A stretch of 58,386 nucleotides of DNA, counting the filler, from Malassezia furfur (Eukaryota): NCBI GenBank assembly GCA_052055015.1. It is 4 parts of 4 records of this genome, joined end to end, with 100 filler letters (N's around TTAATTAATTAA, not from the genome) between each part and the next. Parts side by side here need not be neighbours in the genome. Positions count along the whole stretch, not along the records: positions 29,356 to 43,918 come from JBQJIT010000286.1; positions 44,019 to 58,386 come from JBQJIT010000289.1; 2 more parts are not named here. One strand, given 5' to 3'. Numbering within the stretch: position 1 is the stretch's first letter; each line of letters opens with the position of its first letter. Shown in pieces: positions 40,899 through 52,246 of this stretch. The translations under genes were made by a program, and so were the position numbers. Below the pieces are notes generated by a model. It made no database searches, was not told the DNA's origin, and saw only the letters and a list, made by a program, of their open reading frames with translations.

Positions 40899-42557
40899 AT
40901 GTCGACCGAGCGCCCCGCGAAGCGCGTGCGGGGTAACGCGCCGCAACCGCCGCCAGGCGCTGAGACACGCGCGGAAAGCGACGCACCGGCTAGTCGCGAT
41001 GCACAGACGACCAGCGGTGAGGCTGCGGTCGACCGGCTCTCGCTGCCTGCGCGGCTGTCGTTCTGGCAGTTTGTGCAGGCGGCGCAGGCGCACGCAGGAT
41101 CTTCACACGACACCGACGGTGCATGGCAACAGGCCTATCGCGACTACCGCGGCGCGCATCGGCGCGCACAGCTATGGTCTTTTTTCCTCGCGCATTGCGA
41201 AGACGCGTGGTTCCGCGAAAAGTACGACCCCGCACCCGAGTACGAATCGCTGCGTGGGAAGCGTCGGCATGCGGCCCTTGGCAGCGCCGCACAGTGGATC
41301 GACGAGCTTGGGTACGGCCAACTCGATGGCGTGTGCTATGACGTGAACATCGAGCGCACCGACACACAGCCGCTGTATGCCGTAACGAACCGCCGCGGGG
41401 TCGTGGAGCATTTCGATACCGAGGCGCCGCCGGTGCCGCCAGACCCCGAACACACGCTGCTCGTGCGGGCGTGGCCGGGTGACTTGCCGCGCAGTGCACT
41501 CGAGACACACCTCGGCACCTTCTCGGGGTTCCGGTACGTCGCGATGCTCGAGCCGCTTGCACAACGGCACTGGCAGCGCTCGGGCCTCGCCGTGTTCGCC
41601 CACGGAACCGACATGCGTGCGGCGCTGGCGGCGCTCGATGGGCACCGCTTTGGCACATTCCAGCTGCACCTCGCGCACGTCGACCGTCCCGCACGCGGCC
41701 GCTTATGGCTTGCGCCCGGGCAGACACAGACGGCCGCGCGCATTGAGCACGACACCGAGCAGGCCAAGCGCCTTGCGACCGAATGGGGTGCAGATGACGC
41801 GCTACGGGCGATAGAGCGGCGCCTCGCCTACCTAGGGCACGATCTACACAATCCAGACGAGGCACGGCGCCTCGCGGCTGTACGTACTTTGCTGACGCAG
41901 CGCAAAAAGCAGCTCGACTGGCTCCTGGACTTGCTGCGCACCGTATACCACTGTGACTACTACCTGGGCGTGCGCTGCGACTGTGCCGAGGAGCTCGTAC
42001 GCCGGAGTACGCTTCATGTGCGCCGCGCGCCCACCGACGACGATGAACATGGCGCAGCGTGGTGCAAGCAGCTCGACGAGAAAGTGGCGCTGCTCCTGGA
42101 CCCCGCGCACGTTCCTACGGCGCTTGGCGGGGTGGATGCCGACGTGTACGTCGCGTACTAACGCAGCGAGGATGCACGCGTCGCCGAGCAGTTCACCGCG
42201 CAGTTCGCCCCCGAAAAGTTTCAGTGCCGCATGCTGAGCCCGAGCGGCGCGTGTGGCAAGCTGTTCAAAACGCGCGCCCATGTGCTGAAGCATCTGCGCA
42301 CGAAGCACGCTGCTGCGCTCTCCGACGCAGGCGCGGGTCGGTTTGTCTATGTACGTGTCTTACTGACACAGGCGGCCTACTGGCACCGCTACCTTGCCGA
42401 TCCAGGCCGCGTGATGCCCCCAGCGCACGAGCCCATAGACCGGGCGGCATTGAGCGAGCGGCGCAGCATGGACGTGGCGCCGCCCATGGCGCCCCCGTCG
42501 CACTACCGCGACCTGGACGCGGGGGCAGGAGGTGCGCCTGTCGAGCTGCCCTACTAG
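40899..42557 (+). CDS. ARS2: ARS2/SERRATE-like protein (copy B)
   Basis: As copy A; 21-nt introns 41880-41900, 42146-42166 (contains in-frame TAA), 42351-42371. Confidence 0.85.
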
Positions 42558-43918
42558 TCTACGTAGCGCGCAGCGTCGCACGCCTCGTCAAACAGGCGCA
42601 GTGCGCGGTCCTCGGCCGGCGCGGCCGCAAAGACGTTGGCGACGATCGTTTCGCGGTTCGCTGCAAGCACGTAGCGGTACTGGGTGAGTGGTTCGACGTA
42701 CAAGGCACAGGAATTCGCGGTACCACTCGCGCACCCACCACGCCTGCCACGTCGCGGCGCTTTCGCCGTCGGTACGTGGCGAGGCGTCCCAGGCATGCAC
42801 GGCGTTGATCAACGCGACAAATTGCTGGACGATGGTGACGAGCACGCGGCGCTGCTCGAGCTGGATGGCGTCGAGGTGCACCTTGGCCTCGTCGCTCGAC
42901 GCGGCGGCATTGGCCGGCGCGTTGGGCGCGGCGGCGCTCGCCGCCAGCTCGTCGTAGCGGCGCGTCAGCTGGTCGACACGGCCGACGACCTTGTCAACGG
43001 TGAGGCACAGCAGCGCCCACCAGTTGAACGAGCTCCAGTCGCGCAGCGTGCCGCCGAGCGCCGAGGCGTCCGCGGCGAAGCTGAACGCGACCGTGTCGCC
43101 GCTGTGGTCGACGAGCAGACGGCACGTCTCCTTCGGCGGCGTAAACACAAACGACACGACGTCGACCGGCTCGACGATACGGTACTGCAGCAGCTTGTCG
43201 ACCACGATCAGCACCCACTGCGGCGAGCGCGCCCAGAAGCGCGCGGTGCTGGTGAGCATCTCGAGGCGCGCCTGCGGCGCGTGCGACAGCGAGCGGAGCA
43301 GGTCATGGTAGCGCTCGATCATGTTGAGCAGGTGCGAGAAGCTGCGGCTCCCCGCGAAGAGCAGCGCCTGCACCGCCATGTCACGCACGACCTGCTCGGC
43401 GACGGCGGGCGTCGCCACCAGCCCGCGCTGCTCGTCCTCGTCGTCGGGCACGTCGCTCGCGGGCGCGACCAGGCTCTGCTGCAAGCTGTGGAGGTCCGCC
43501 TGGATCACCTGCACGCTGGCCTTGGCACGCAGCGAGTTGAGCAGCTGCATCGCGCGCGCGTGGTGGGGGTGCGTGGCGTGCGCATAGGTGAACAGCGGCG
43601 CGGGCTCCTCGGGGGGCAGCAGCGCGCCTTGGAGCTCCTCGGGGATCGTCGTCTTGATCCGGTCGTAGTACGCGAGCCGCACCTCAAGCTCGGCGAGGCG
43701 GCGCATAAACGCGCGGCGCGCGTGCGGCCAGGGAAGCGCGAGGTCGGCAACCCATTCGGCCCACGCCCACGTAAAGTTGAAGTTGGACAGGTGCACGCTG
43801 AACCAGTTGGCGAGGCGCGCCAGCGTCGCCGCCCGGACGCAGCCGGCGGCGCTCGCCGCGTAAAAGCGGCGCATCGTGCGCCCGAGCGACGGCGCGACCT
43901 GCTGCGGCGCGGCGCCGA
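42554..43918 (-). CDS. STO1: CBP80/Sto1, 3' part (copy B)
   Basis: As copy A; last intron 22 nt. Confidence 0.92.
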
Positions 43919-44018
43919 NNNNNNNNNNNNNNNNNNNNNNNNNNNNNNNNNNNNNNNNNNNNTTAATTAATTAANNNNNNNNNNNNNNNNNNNNNNNNNN
44001 NNNNNNNNNNNNNNNNNN
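43919..44018. other. Artificial scaffold spacer
   Basis: N44-TTAATTAATTAA-N44. Confidence 0.97.
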
Positions 44019-45046
44019 CGGCGCGCGACGCCGACGACCACGACCGTCTGATGGCCGACGGCGACCTCGTGGACGAGCCGACGCTTGCGCAGCGCCTCAA
44101 GGCGCTCAAGGTGCAGCGCGGCGAGCGCGGCGCTGCCGACGCCGACGAGACGGCCGACACTCCGGCGGACGAGGCGGTGGTGCCGGTGGGCGGCGCCTCA
44201 CTCGCCTCCTCGCTGACGCAGGCGCTGCACTCGGGCGACCAGACACTGCTCACCGCGTGCCTGGTGCACTCAGACCCCAACCTGATCCGTGGGACGGTGC
44301 GTCGCATCTCGGGGCCGCTCGCCGTGCGCCTGCTCGAGGCGTGCGTCGACCGCCTGAACCGCGGGGGCGTCAAGAGCAAGGGCGCCCTCGGCAGTGCGCG
44401 GGCGCGGGGCATCGTCGAGTGGATGTACCAGGCGATGACGTGCCACACGGCGTACCTCATGTCGCTCCCCGACCTCGTCGCGCGCCTCGCGCAGCTGCAC
44501 CACAGCCTCGCGGTGCGGCTGGCGTCGCAGCAGCGTCTGTTGGCGCTCAAGGGGCGCCTCGAGCTGGTCATGAGCCAGATCGATATGAATATGGCCTACA
44601 CCGCCGACGAGGCACCGATTCAGGTGCAGGGCCAGAAGGGCAAGCGCGCCAGCGCCGCCGACGTCGAGCAGCGCCAGCTCGCAGCCCACGCGCAGCAGCG
44701 CGGCCAGACGTGGGTGGAGCCGGACGAGGACGATGTGGAGGAGATTGGGCTCGATGCCGACGACGCACAGACCATGGCGGTGGACGGAGAGTCGGACGAC
44801 GACGTTGAGGATGTGTCGATGGATGACGACGTCGAGGAGGGCGAAGACGAGGAGGAGGACGACGAGGAGGAGGACGAGTCGGACGAAGACGAAGACGACG
44901 ACGATGACGACGACGACGATGACGACGACCTCGAAGACGAGACGGCATACGACGTCGACGACAGTGACGCCGAATTCTCGGACGACGACGGAAGCCAGGC
45001 GTCGCTCGCATCCGCATCGGAGAGCGGTGACGAGGACATGGAGTAG
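44019..45046 (+). CDS. UTP5: Utp5/WDR43 SSU processome subunit, C-terminal part
   Basis: EPTLAQRL, SLASSLTQALHSGDQTLLTACL, IRGTVRRI, LLALKGRLELV (Utp12-type domain), long acidic tail. Confidence 0.85.
44820..44940 (+). repeat. Coding GAC/GAG-rich low-complexity tract (poly-Asp/Glu)
   Basis: Runs of GACGACGAT/GAGGAG in the UTP5 tail. Confidence 0.8.
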
Positions 45047-45080
45047 ACCCTCTGTATACCATCTAAAATACATCCTTCCT

Positions 45081-46646
45081 CTAGTATGGCGGCCGCCCGT
45101 CGTTGGGTGTGCGCGCATACGCCTGGTGTGCCGCGGCATAGGCGCCCAGCGAGTACGTGGTCGGTGCCGCTTGCACCGGGCGTGCGTACGCCGGTGCAGC
45201 AAACGCACGCTGCACGGCCTCGCCCGGCGCCGCAGCGTGCGTCGTGGCGGCGGCCGCAAGCGCGCCGGGGCCGCTGCCCTCGATCCACTGCGCCGTCAGG
45301 GTATCGGCCAAGACCCGCGGGCGCACGAGCGGCGCCCACGTCGCCTGCGGCTGCGCGACCTGGGCGCCGGTCGGTACCCCCGCGGGCGGGTTCGAGAGGA
45401 AAGCGCGCGACTGCACGCCGTAGGCCGTGTCTGGCAGCGTGCCCCAGTACCCGGGCAGCGACACTCCCTCGAGGCTTTTGGCGAGTGCGGCAATGCTCTG
45501 GTGCCACAGCGGGTGCGCATGCCGCGCTGGTGCGCGGGGGGGATGCGGCAGCAGCAGCAGCTGCACGAGCGACGCGAGCAATTCGTCCGCACACGCCTGC
45601 TCCAGCGCGCGCACGGCTTCCTGCTCCGGCACACGGCCGTAGTCGATGCGCGTGCGCAACCACTGGAGCTCTTGCAGCTCCTGCACGAGCTCGGCGTTGT
45701 GCGCAAGCGCCTCGTCCACGCCCAGCGACGCAATCCCGGCCTGCAGCAGCTCGGGGTCCAGCGCCGGATCCAGTGCCGCAGCCTGCGTCGCAAGGTCCTC
45801 GGCCGCCGGCGCGTCGGGCGACGTGCTGTTCTCGTCGCGGCGCGCAAGCACGCGCTCCGCGCGGCGCGCGAGGCCCGCACCCCACCGCCGATGGAGCGCC
45901 CGACGCAGCCTACGTTGGAAGGCATACATCTCCTCCGTGGTGTCGACGTCGAGCACAGCTCCCGTCGAGTCGTACGCGGGCCCAAACGAGGAGCAATAGG
46001 AGCCGTAGGAGAGGAAGGTGACAGGGCGCAAGTCATCTTTGGGGCGCCCCTTGAGCCGTACACCGCGCGGCACACGATCTCCAAGCGTCGGCGGCGGTTC
46101 CATGCCGATGGGCGGCGCAACAGCCACGAGCTCGGCGTGGCCTGTGTCGAGGTTACGTGCCGCCTGCTCGTCCAAGCACACGGCGTTCGTAAAGTAGTCG
46201 CCCATCGGCAGGCGCATATGCAGTGCATACGCGTTGGTGGATTGCGTGGGCTTCGATGGCATCTCGTCGTAACGCTGCGCGAGCTCGACCAAGAAGTGCT
46301 GGAGCAACAGGAGCATAGCGTGGGTGGACGTGTCCTGCCGCACCGCTGCGCCGTCCTCTGCCGTACCGAGCGTGAGAGTATGTGACCAGAGCTGCTGCAG
46401 TGTTGTTCCCTTCTCGAGCGCGTCGCGCAGCGTACGGTGCCGATCGAGGCGCGTCTCGAGCAGGGTCGGCGCGACACTGTTGAGGACAACGCACAGTTTC
46501 TCGGCATCCTCGGCGCGCACAGACACTGGGTGCTGCGGCCACTTGGGTGGGTCTGCTGCCTGCTTACGCGGCGTGGATGAGACACGCCGCGTGTCGTGCT
46601 CGTCGTCCGCGGTCGCGACGCGCGTCGAGCGCCGAAGACTCACCAT
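45081..46646 (-). CDS. Chromatin-remodelling-associated protein with BRD7/BRD9 DUF3512 (Rsc58-like) motif
   Basis: PVTFLSYGSYCSSFGPAYDSTGA resembles the YG.FSSFAP.YDS motif; LAHNAELVQELQELQWLR coil; no bromodomain seen. Confidence 0.6.
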   Translation of the reverse strand: MVSLRRSTRVATADDEHDTRRVSSTPRKQAADPPKWPQHPVSVRAEDAEKLCVVLNSVAPTLLETRLDRHRTLRDALEKGTTLQQLWSHTLTLGTAEDGAAVRQDTSTHAMLLLLQHFLVELAQRYDEMPSKPTQSTNAYALHMRLPMGDYFTNAVCLDEQAARNLDTGHAELVAVAPPIGMEPPPTLGDRVPRGVRLKGRPKDDLRPVTFLSYGSYCSSFGPAYDSTGAVLDVDTTEEMYAFQRRLRRALHRRWGAGLARRAERVLARRDENSTSPDAPAAEDLATQAAALDPALDPELLQAGIASLGVDEALAHNAELVQELQELQWLRTRIDYGRVPEQEAVRALEQACADELLASLVQLLLLPHPPRAPARHAHPLWHQSIAALAKSLEGVSLPGYWGTLPDTAYGVQSRAFLSNPPAGVPTGAQVAQPQATWAPLVRPRVLADTLTAQWIEGSGPGALAAAATTHAAAPGEAVQRAFAAPAYARPVQAAPTTYSLGAYAAAHQAYARTPNDGRPPY

Positions 46647-46730
46647 CGCGGTGCTCGGCAACCGGCGCGCGCTTAGTCAGCAAAAAAGGGCGAGGCCACG
46701 CCGCCTGGCTGTTGTGTGCGGCCTCCCAGC

Positions 46731-47991
46731 ATGGCGTGGCGTTCCGGAGCGAATGCTCCGTTGGACATTGCGACTCCTCCGCCCCCACCGATCCCATTTA
46801 ATGCGGGCAGGCCACTGCAGCATGTGCCCGGCTCACTCTCGTTTGGGTTCGGGTGTGGGAATGCCCTGAATGGACACCCTTCCTCCCCGTACGAGGCGAT
46901 CGCTGGGCCCAGCGCCTGGCGCACCCCCGAATCGACGGCAGCCCGTGCCCATACGCAGAAACGGCGCCGCAGCTCGCCAGAGGCCGATGAATCTGTGGAG
47001 GAGTCGGCGGTGGCCGACGATATGATGGACATCCCCGCATCACCGACGCTCACCAAGCGGCGCCGGGCCAGTTCCGGGCGGACGGGTGACGAGACACACG
47101 CGCGCTCCATGCGCGCGCCGCGCAAGACACAGAGCGCCGAAGTCGGCAAGTTGCTGGGTACGTATGCCACATTGTCTCTCTTACGCAGCATCGCTCGACA
47201 AACCGGCGCTCCTTTCCCTCCTGCATGGACTGATGCAGGGCAACGAGGAGCTCACGGAACGCATCTATACCCTTCTTCCTACCCCCTCTCTTGAGAGCGT
47301 CGAGCATGCGCTTGACGCCGCCGAAGCCAAGGTCCGTGCCGCCATTCCTCAGGCGTCGGCCAACAGCGCTGCGCCAATCCGCGATCAGTACATCTGGAGT
47401 CGCGTGCGGACGAGTTTGGCGGAGCTTGCGAGCGAGACGGCCAGCTATTCCTCGGTGTTCTCGCTAAACCACACTCGTAACGGCACGATGCACCCCGCTA
47501 CGGCCTTTACATTCTTGCACCTGGCGACGATGCGGATGATCCGTGTGCTACGTCTGCTCCCTCATACGGACTTTGCGCCGCAATTTGTCAATCGCAGGGA
47601 CCACGAACGGCTCGAGTCGCTATTTGTGCATGCGCTGCCCGACGCAGCGAAGCACTCACCGAACACGGTGGTTCACACCATCCTGCCTGCGCTGCTGCGC
47701 GACTGGGACGACTGGCTGCGGGCCGTGGACCATGGGGTGAACCAAGAGGGCCGCATGTACGGCCAAGAGGTTGTCACCAGCTGGGAGCGGGGCGTAGCGT
47801 CGCTCGGCACTGCGTCCACGACGCTGGGCGCGTCGCGGAGCGTGGAGGAGCAGGTGCTACGCGCGACGATGGACCAGGCGCTGCAGCAGATGCACGCTGC
47901 CCTCGGCTGGCTCACAGGCCCTGCGCACCGCCCGGCGTGGTCGCTGGCGCACACAAATCCGATGGAGGAAGTTGGTAGTCTATGTCATTAG
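46731..47991 (+). CDS. STS1: Sts1/Cut8 nuclear proteasome tethering factor
   Basis: LSFGFG, intron 47158-47188 gives VGKLLASLDKPALLSLL, LPTPSLE, RDQYIWSRVR. Confidence 0.85.
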
Positions 47992-48630
47992 CACAGTACA
48001 TGTGGCTCAAATGCCGTGGGCCCGGAGGGTATCTTGCTGCCGTACAGCATCTCCAGTACGTGGGCGAATCCGGAGCGCCCACGCGCTGCGTTTTCGGCGA
48101 AGCGCGAGTGACACGCTTCTTCGACCTTGCGCGCGGCCGAGGCGAAGAGGCCAAACGCCTGGTCCTCGTTGTGCGACAATCCGCGGCAGTCGAACTGAGC
48201 AGACTGGTCAAAACGCGTCTGGTTGTCCTTGTACGGACGATAGGCCACGTCTTCCTTGACCAGCAGGTAGTGGCTGAAGGACAGGCTAGGTCAGTAGGCA
48301 CACGCGGAGCGTACTTGGTGCTGTCCATGTACACGGCGGGCTCATGGGGATCAAAGGTAATGACTTCGCGCACGTAGGTGGCTCCATCGACTCCCAGAAT
48401 GCGCTTGATCCACCGCGGCGTGTGCTGTTCGACACTGATCAGGCGCTCGGTGCGCACCGTCCCCGTCTGCGGGCAGATGGTGCGATCGAGCACATCGATG
48501 CTCTGAACGTGCTCGGTATGAGGATTCGGGTACTTGTACCACACAGCTACATGAGCCGTGTCCACCTACCCGTCGCTGCCTGAACGAATGCACAGGGGTA
48601 CACTACCGACGTCGAGAACGTGAGCGGCAT
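47988..48630 (-). CDS. UPS2: PRELI/MSF1 family mitochondrial lipid transfer protein (Ups2-like)
   Basis: Introns 48547-48569 and 48286-48314 give MPLTFSTSVVYP...WYKYPNPHTEHVQSIDVLDR...RTERLI...STNLSF...NAARGRSGF. Confidence 0.85.
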
Positions 48631-48660
48631 CAACGTCGAAGCATGCTACGAATTGCTGAC

Positions 48661-51209
48661 TCATCCACGCCCTTTCCGGTTGCCTGCGGTCAATTGCCGA
48701 ATTCAGCGCGCACGTACCTCGTCGGGGCGTCTTGCGGTCGTAGCCGGGCAGCTGCACCGTCGGCAGATTGGTGTGCATGATACACTCCAGAATTCGCTCC
48801 GGCGGGATCTGCGGGCCATCAAACACCTGAGCCGGCGGCAAGAGACTGATAGGTAAGTAGCGTCACGTACCTCAAAAAGTACAGCAGCGGCTCCGGCAGC
48901 GATGGCTGCGGCGGCGGCGTCGGTTCCATCCGAGCGCGGCGCGGCACCTCGGCGGCAGTGTGCTTCGCCTTCTTCGCGGGCGGCTCCTTGCTCGAGGCGC
49001 GCTTGTCTTCCTTCTTGAGCGGCTCGGCATTGGCCAAGAGGCTTTTACGGATATCCTCCATGGTCTGGCGGCCCCCGCCACTCTTAGCGGGCGGCGCCGA
49101 GGGTGCCGGCGCGGTCTGTCCGGCAGTGGGCGTCTCTGTCTTGGTCTCGTCTACCGCGGGCGTCTCGGCGCGGTCTTTGCGCCGCGTCGCTGCGCGCGAG
49201 TAGCCCAGGTCGCGCATCCGCACGGCATCCAGCGTGCGGAAGCGCAGGCGGTCTGCGGCCGCCTCCACCTTGGACTCGTCGGGGTACAGGTCCTGCAGGC
49301 GCGTCTCGAGGCGGGTGATGGCGCTCGTGTCTCCGTAGCAGTACTCGTACTCGGCCCACCGCGCAAAGATGGGCCGTGCACGCTCGGGCGGCAGGCTGCT
49401 CACCGTGCGCTCAAACACGGCGCGGGCGTTGGTGTCGTCGTTGATCGCGATCAAAAAGTCCAGGTAGCGCACCACGAGTTGCTCGTCTGTGCCAAAAGTG
49501 CGCAGCGCCAGCTCAAATACCTTGGTAGCCACCACGGGCTCTTTGGAGCAGTGGTACTCGAGCAAGGCATTCGCCTCGTACACCGGCCACGTACAGTGCG
49601 CCGAGCGCCGCGCGCGCCCGAACACTTGGCGCGTGGGCCGAATGCCCTCGGCACGGCGCACAAAGTGCATGTATTTAATCCATGTCTGCGCCGCGCAGTT
49701 TTTCCACTCGTCGATCTCCGTGCCGCTCTCGTCGGCAAGCCGCGCCTTGCGTGCGTCGGCGTCTTCGTGCAGTCGCCGCTCGGCATCGGCGAGCTCCACA
49801 GCCGAATCGCCCTCGTCATCCTCAGCGGTAAGCTGCTTCCGGAGGCCCTGGATCCGCCGGCGCTCTGCGGCGGTCTCTTCGTCGACGCGCGCCTGCGCCT
49901 GATGCAGCGCGTCAAGACGCAGGTCGAGCTCGCGCTGCAAATACACCACGAGCTCGTCGAGCGATGCAGTGCCGTCCATGTACCGCCCCTGGGCCCGGCA
50001 CAGCTCGGCGTATCCAAAGCGCAGCAGCAGACTCCACGGGCACGCGTCGATCCCAGCGCGGTACCACGCCAACGCATCCGCTTCGCGGTGCACCGTCTGG
50101 CAAAAGCTCGCCGCGTTGTACCACAGCACGGCATCAAAGCGCATATACATCACCGCCTTGCGGTACGCCGACAAAACGCGCGACTGCAGCGCCGCAGCGT
50201 CCTCGAGCATGAGCGGGTTTTTTTCTTCCCACTCCAGGTAGCGCCGCCAGGCCTGCAGCGTCTGCCGCTCCTTGGCTGGCGGCCGCGCACCGGGCACCTG
50301 CATTACCCAGCACGGCAGGTGCGGTAAATCGGGGCGCGCGAGGTTCTCAGTGTGCTGCTTCAGCTCACGCAGCACCGAGCGCGCTTGCATGTACCCCGGC
50401 GAGGACTCGGCGAGGAACTTTTTCGCAGTGAGCTTGTTCAACGCGGTCTCGTACGCATCATACTCGCGCCAGATCGACTCGACGTTGTTCAGCGGGATGA
50501 CAACGGCGCGTCGGAAGACGCGTCGCAGCGCATCCATTTTCTGGCCCTCTTGCCAGGAGCCGCGCGCCTCGCGCTCGCGAATCAGGTTGAGGTAGTCGTG
50601 CCACACCACGCCACTCTCGCGGTCCCAGCCAATGTGCTTGAGCGCAAACTCATACGCCTCCTCCAGCACGCGCCGCGTCTGCTCGCGAGGGCTGTTGTCC
50701 TCGCCGGTGAACGGCGGCAGGGGATTGACACGACGCGTGTACTGCAGGTAGAACTGCCACAGGTCTACACTGAGCGTCGTGCGCAAGCAGCGCACAAAGA
50801 TGGCATCCACACGCCCGAAGTTGGAGTGCGCTAGCTCCATCTCGGCGTACGCAATCCAGTGAGACGCCTAGGTGAGCAGGTCAAAACGTACCGCATTGGG
50901 AAAGTACGCAAAAAAGCGGTCGTACACGTCACGCACGGCCTCAATCCCGTCGTCCTTGACATCCTCGAGCAGCGCCATCCAGTGGTCGGCGACGCGCGGC
51001 TCGCGACGCACGGCATCTTCCAGACGCTCCCGCTCGGTCTGCGGCACCGCAGGCGCCGCACTTGGCATCGGCGCGGGCGCAGACGTCGCTTCGGCACTTG
51101 CTGCTTGGATCGCACTCGGCGCACCGTGGTGCGCGGGCGGCGCTACGTCCGCTGCTCCCGGCTGCACGCTCGGGGCGCTGCTTGGCGCCGTCTCTGCCGC
51201 ATCGGCCAT
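48661..51209 (-). CDS. RNA14: Rna14/CstF-77 mRNA 3'-end processing factor
   Basis: HAT repeats SVDLWQFYLQY, WRRYLEWEEKNPL, RRAEGI..TRQVF, ALLEYHCSK; introns 50868-50891, 48846-48870, 48684-48717 (last one inferred). Confidence 0.93.
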
Positions 51210-51285
51210 GGCCGCAGAATCGCACGCGGCCGATGCAACATGTTACAGACCTTGTAGGCCAGCAAATCGGGGCTTGCCTTCCACC

Positions 51286-51993
51286 ATGGCCGATGCTCGT
51301 TCACTGCTGCGTGCGGCCGCGACACAGCGCGCGCCGCATGCCGCAGGGATCACAGACCGATGGGCGTCGTACCATCCCAAAACAGGTGCACTACGATGTG
51401 CCGCATGCGACATGGTTGTCGTGAAGCACGAACGCCTGTGGGGCGCGCACACGGCGTCCAAGTCGCACCGAGCCAATGTGCGCGCGATGGAGGAGCGCGA
51501 GGCACAGGAACAAACGCTTGCGCACAAAACTGAGGAGCCAAAAGCACACACAGAGCACGAGGACACGCTTAAGCGTAAGGACGCGGACGAGCCTGAGGTT
51601 GCCGAGGTAAAGCGGACGCGCCGCGAGACCGATGTCGAGACCGACGCGGCGCCGGTGCTCGACAAGGAATGGGAAGAGTTCCAGCGGACCGTGATTGCAC
51701 CTAGCAATACCAAGGCCTCATCGTACGACGATGCAACGATCACCGCCGCGCCCGAACTCGTTCGCGACCAGGTCGCCGAGGCGCCGCAGGAAGAGGAGAC
51801 CGAAGAGGAACGGCGCGCGCGTCTCGAGCGCGAGGAGCGCGAAGACATCCTTGCTCGCATTGACGCCGAGCAACGCGCACAGGCCGAAGCCGACGAGCGG
51901 TACGTTTTTCTTTTCGCACTCACACACAGGGTTCTCGCGCTTCGTGCACGGTTTGACCGGATCCGCGAGGCCCGGCAACGGCGCTCCAAGTAG
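51286..51993 (+). CDS. ZNF830/CCDC16-like zinc-finger spliceosome-associated protein
   Basis: MADARSLL...WASY...GALRCAAC...LWGAHTASKSH, LDKEWEEFQR; probable 30-nt intron 51900-51929. Confidence 0.75.
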   Translation: MADARSLLRAAATQRAPHAAGITDRWASYHPKTGALRCAACDMVVVKHERLWGAHTASKSHRANVRAMEEREAQEQTLAHKTEEPKAHTEHEDTLKRKDADEPEVAEVKRTRRETDVETDAAPVLDKEWEEFQRTVIAPSNTKASSYDDATITAAPELVRDQVAEAPQEEETEEERRARLEREEREDILARIDAEQRAQAEADERYVFLFALTHRVLALRARFDRIREARQRRSK

Positions 51994-52246
51994 GCAAGAT
52001 ACCCCGTGGTTTGTACGTCTATATGCGTCTATATGGCGCATGTGCCGTAACTGGCGCGTCGCGCGTGTGCGTTGCTCTCCGCTCCCCGGTGCCGCGGCTG
52101 GTTACGCGCGCCGCCCCTTTCTCGACACCTCCACCGCGCGCGCCTGTCCGTGCGCAGGGATCGGCCGAAAGAAAGTGCTGGAAAGCGGTGCGTCGATGCG
52201 GGCAAGTATAATACCAAGTGCGCGCGTCGCCACTACCCCAGCCAAC

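Noticed and set aside
39900..42161. ARS2 copy B as a pseudogene because of the TAA at 42159
   Set aside because: The stop lies inside a canonical 21-nt intron and is part of its CTAAC branch site
52100..52215. Heat-shock element in the STI1 promoter
   Set aside because: Only scattered GAA/TTC units and a TATAATA; no clean nGAAnnTTCn array
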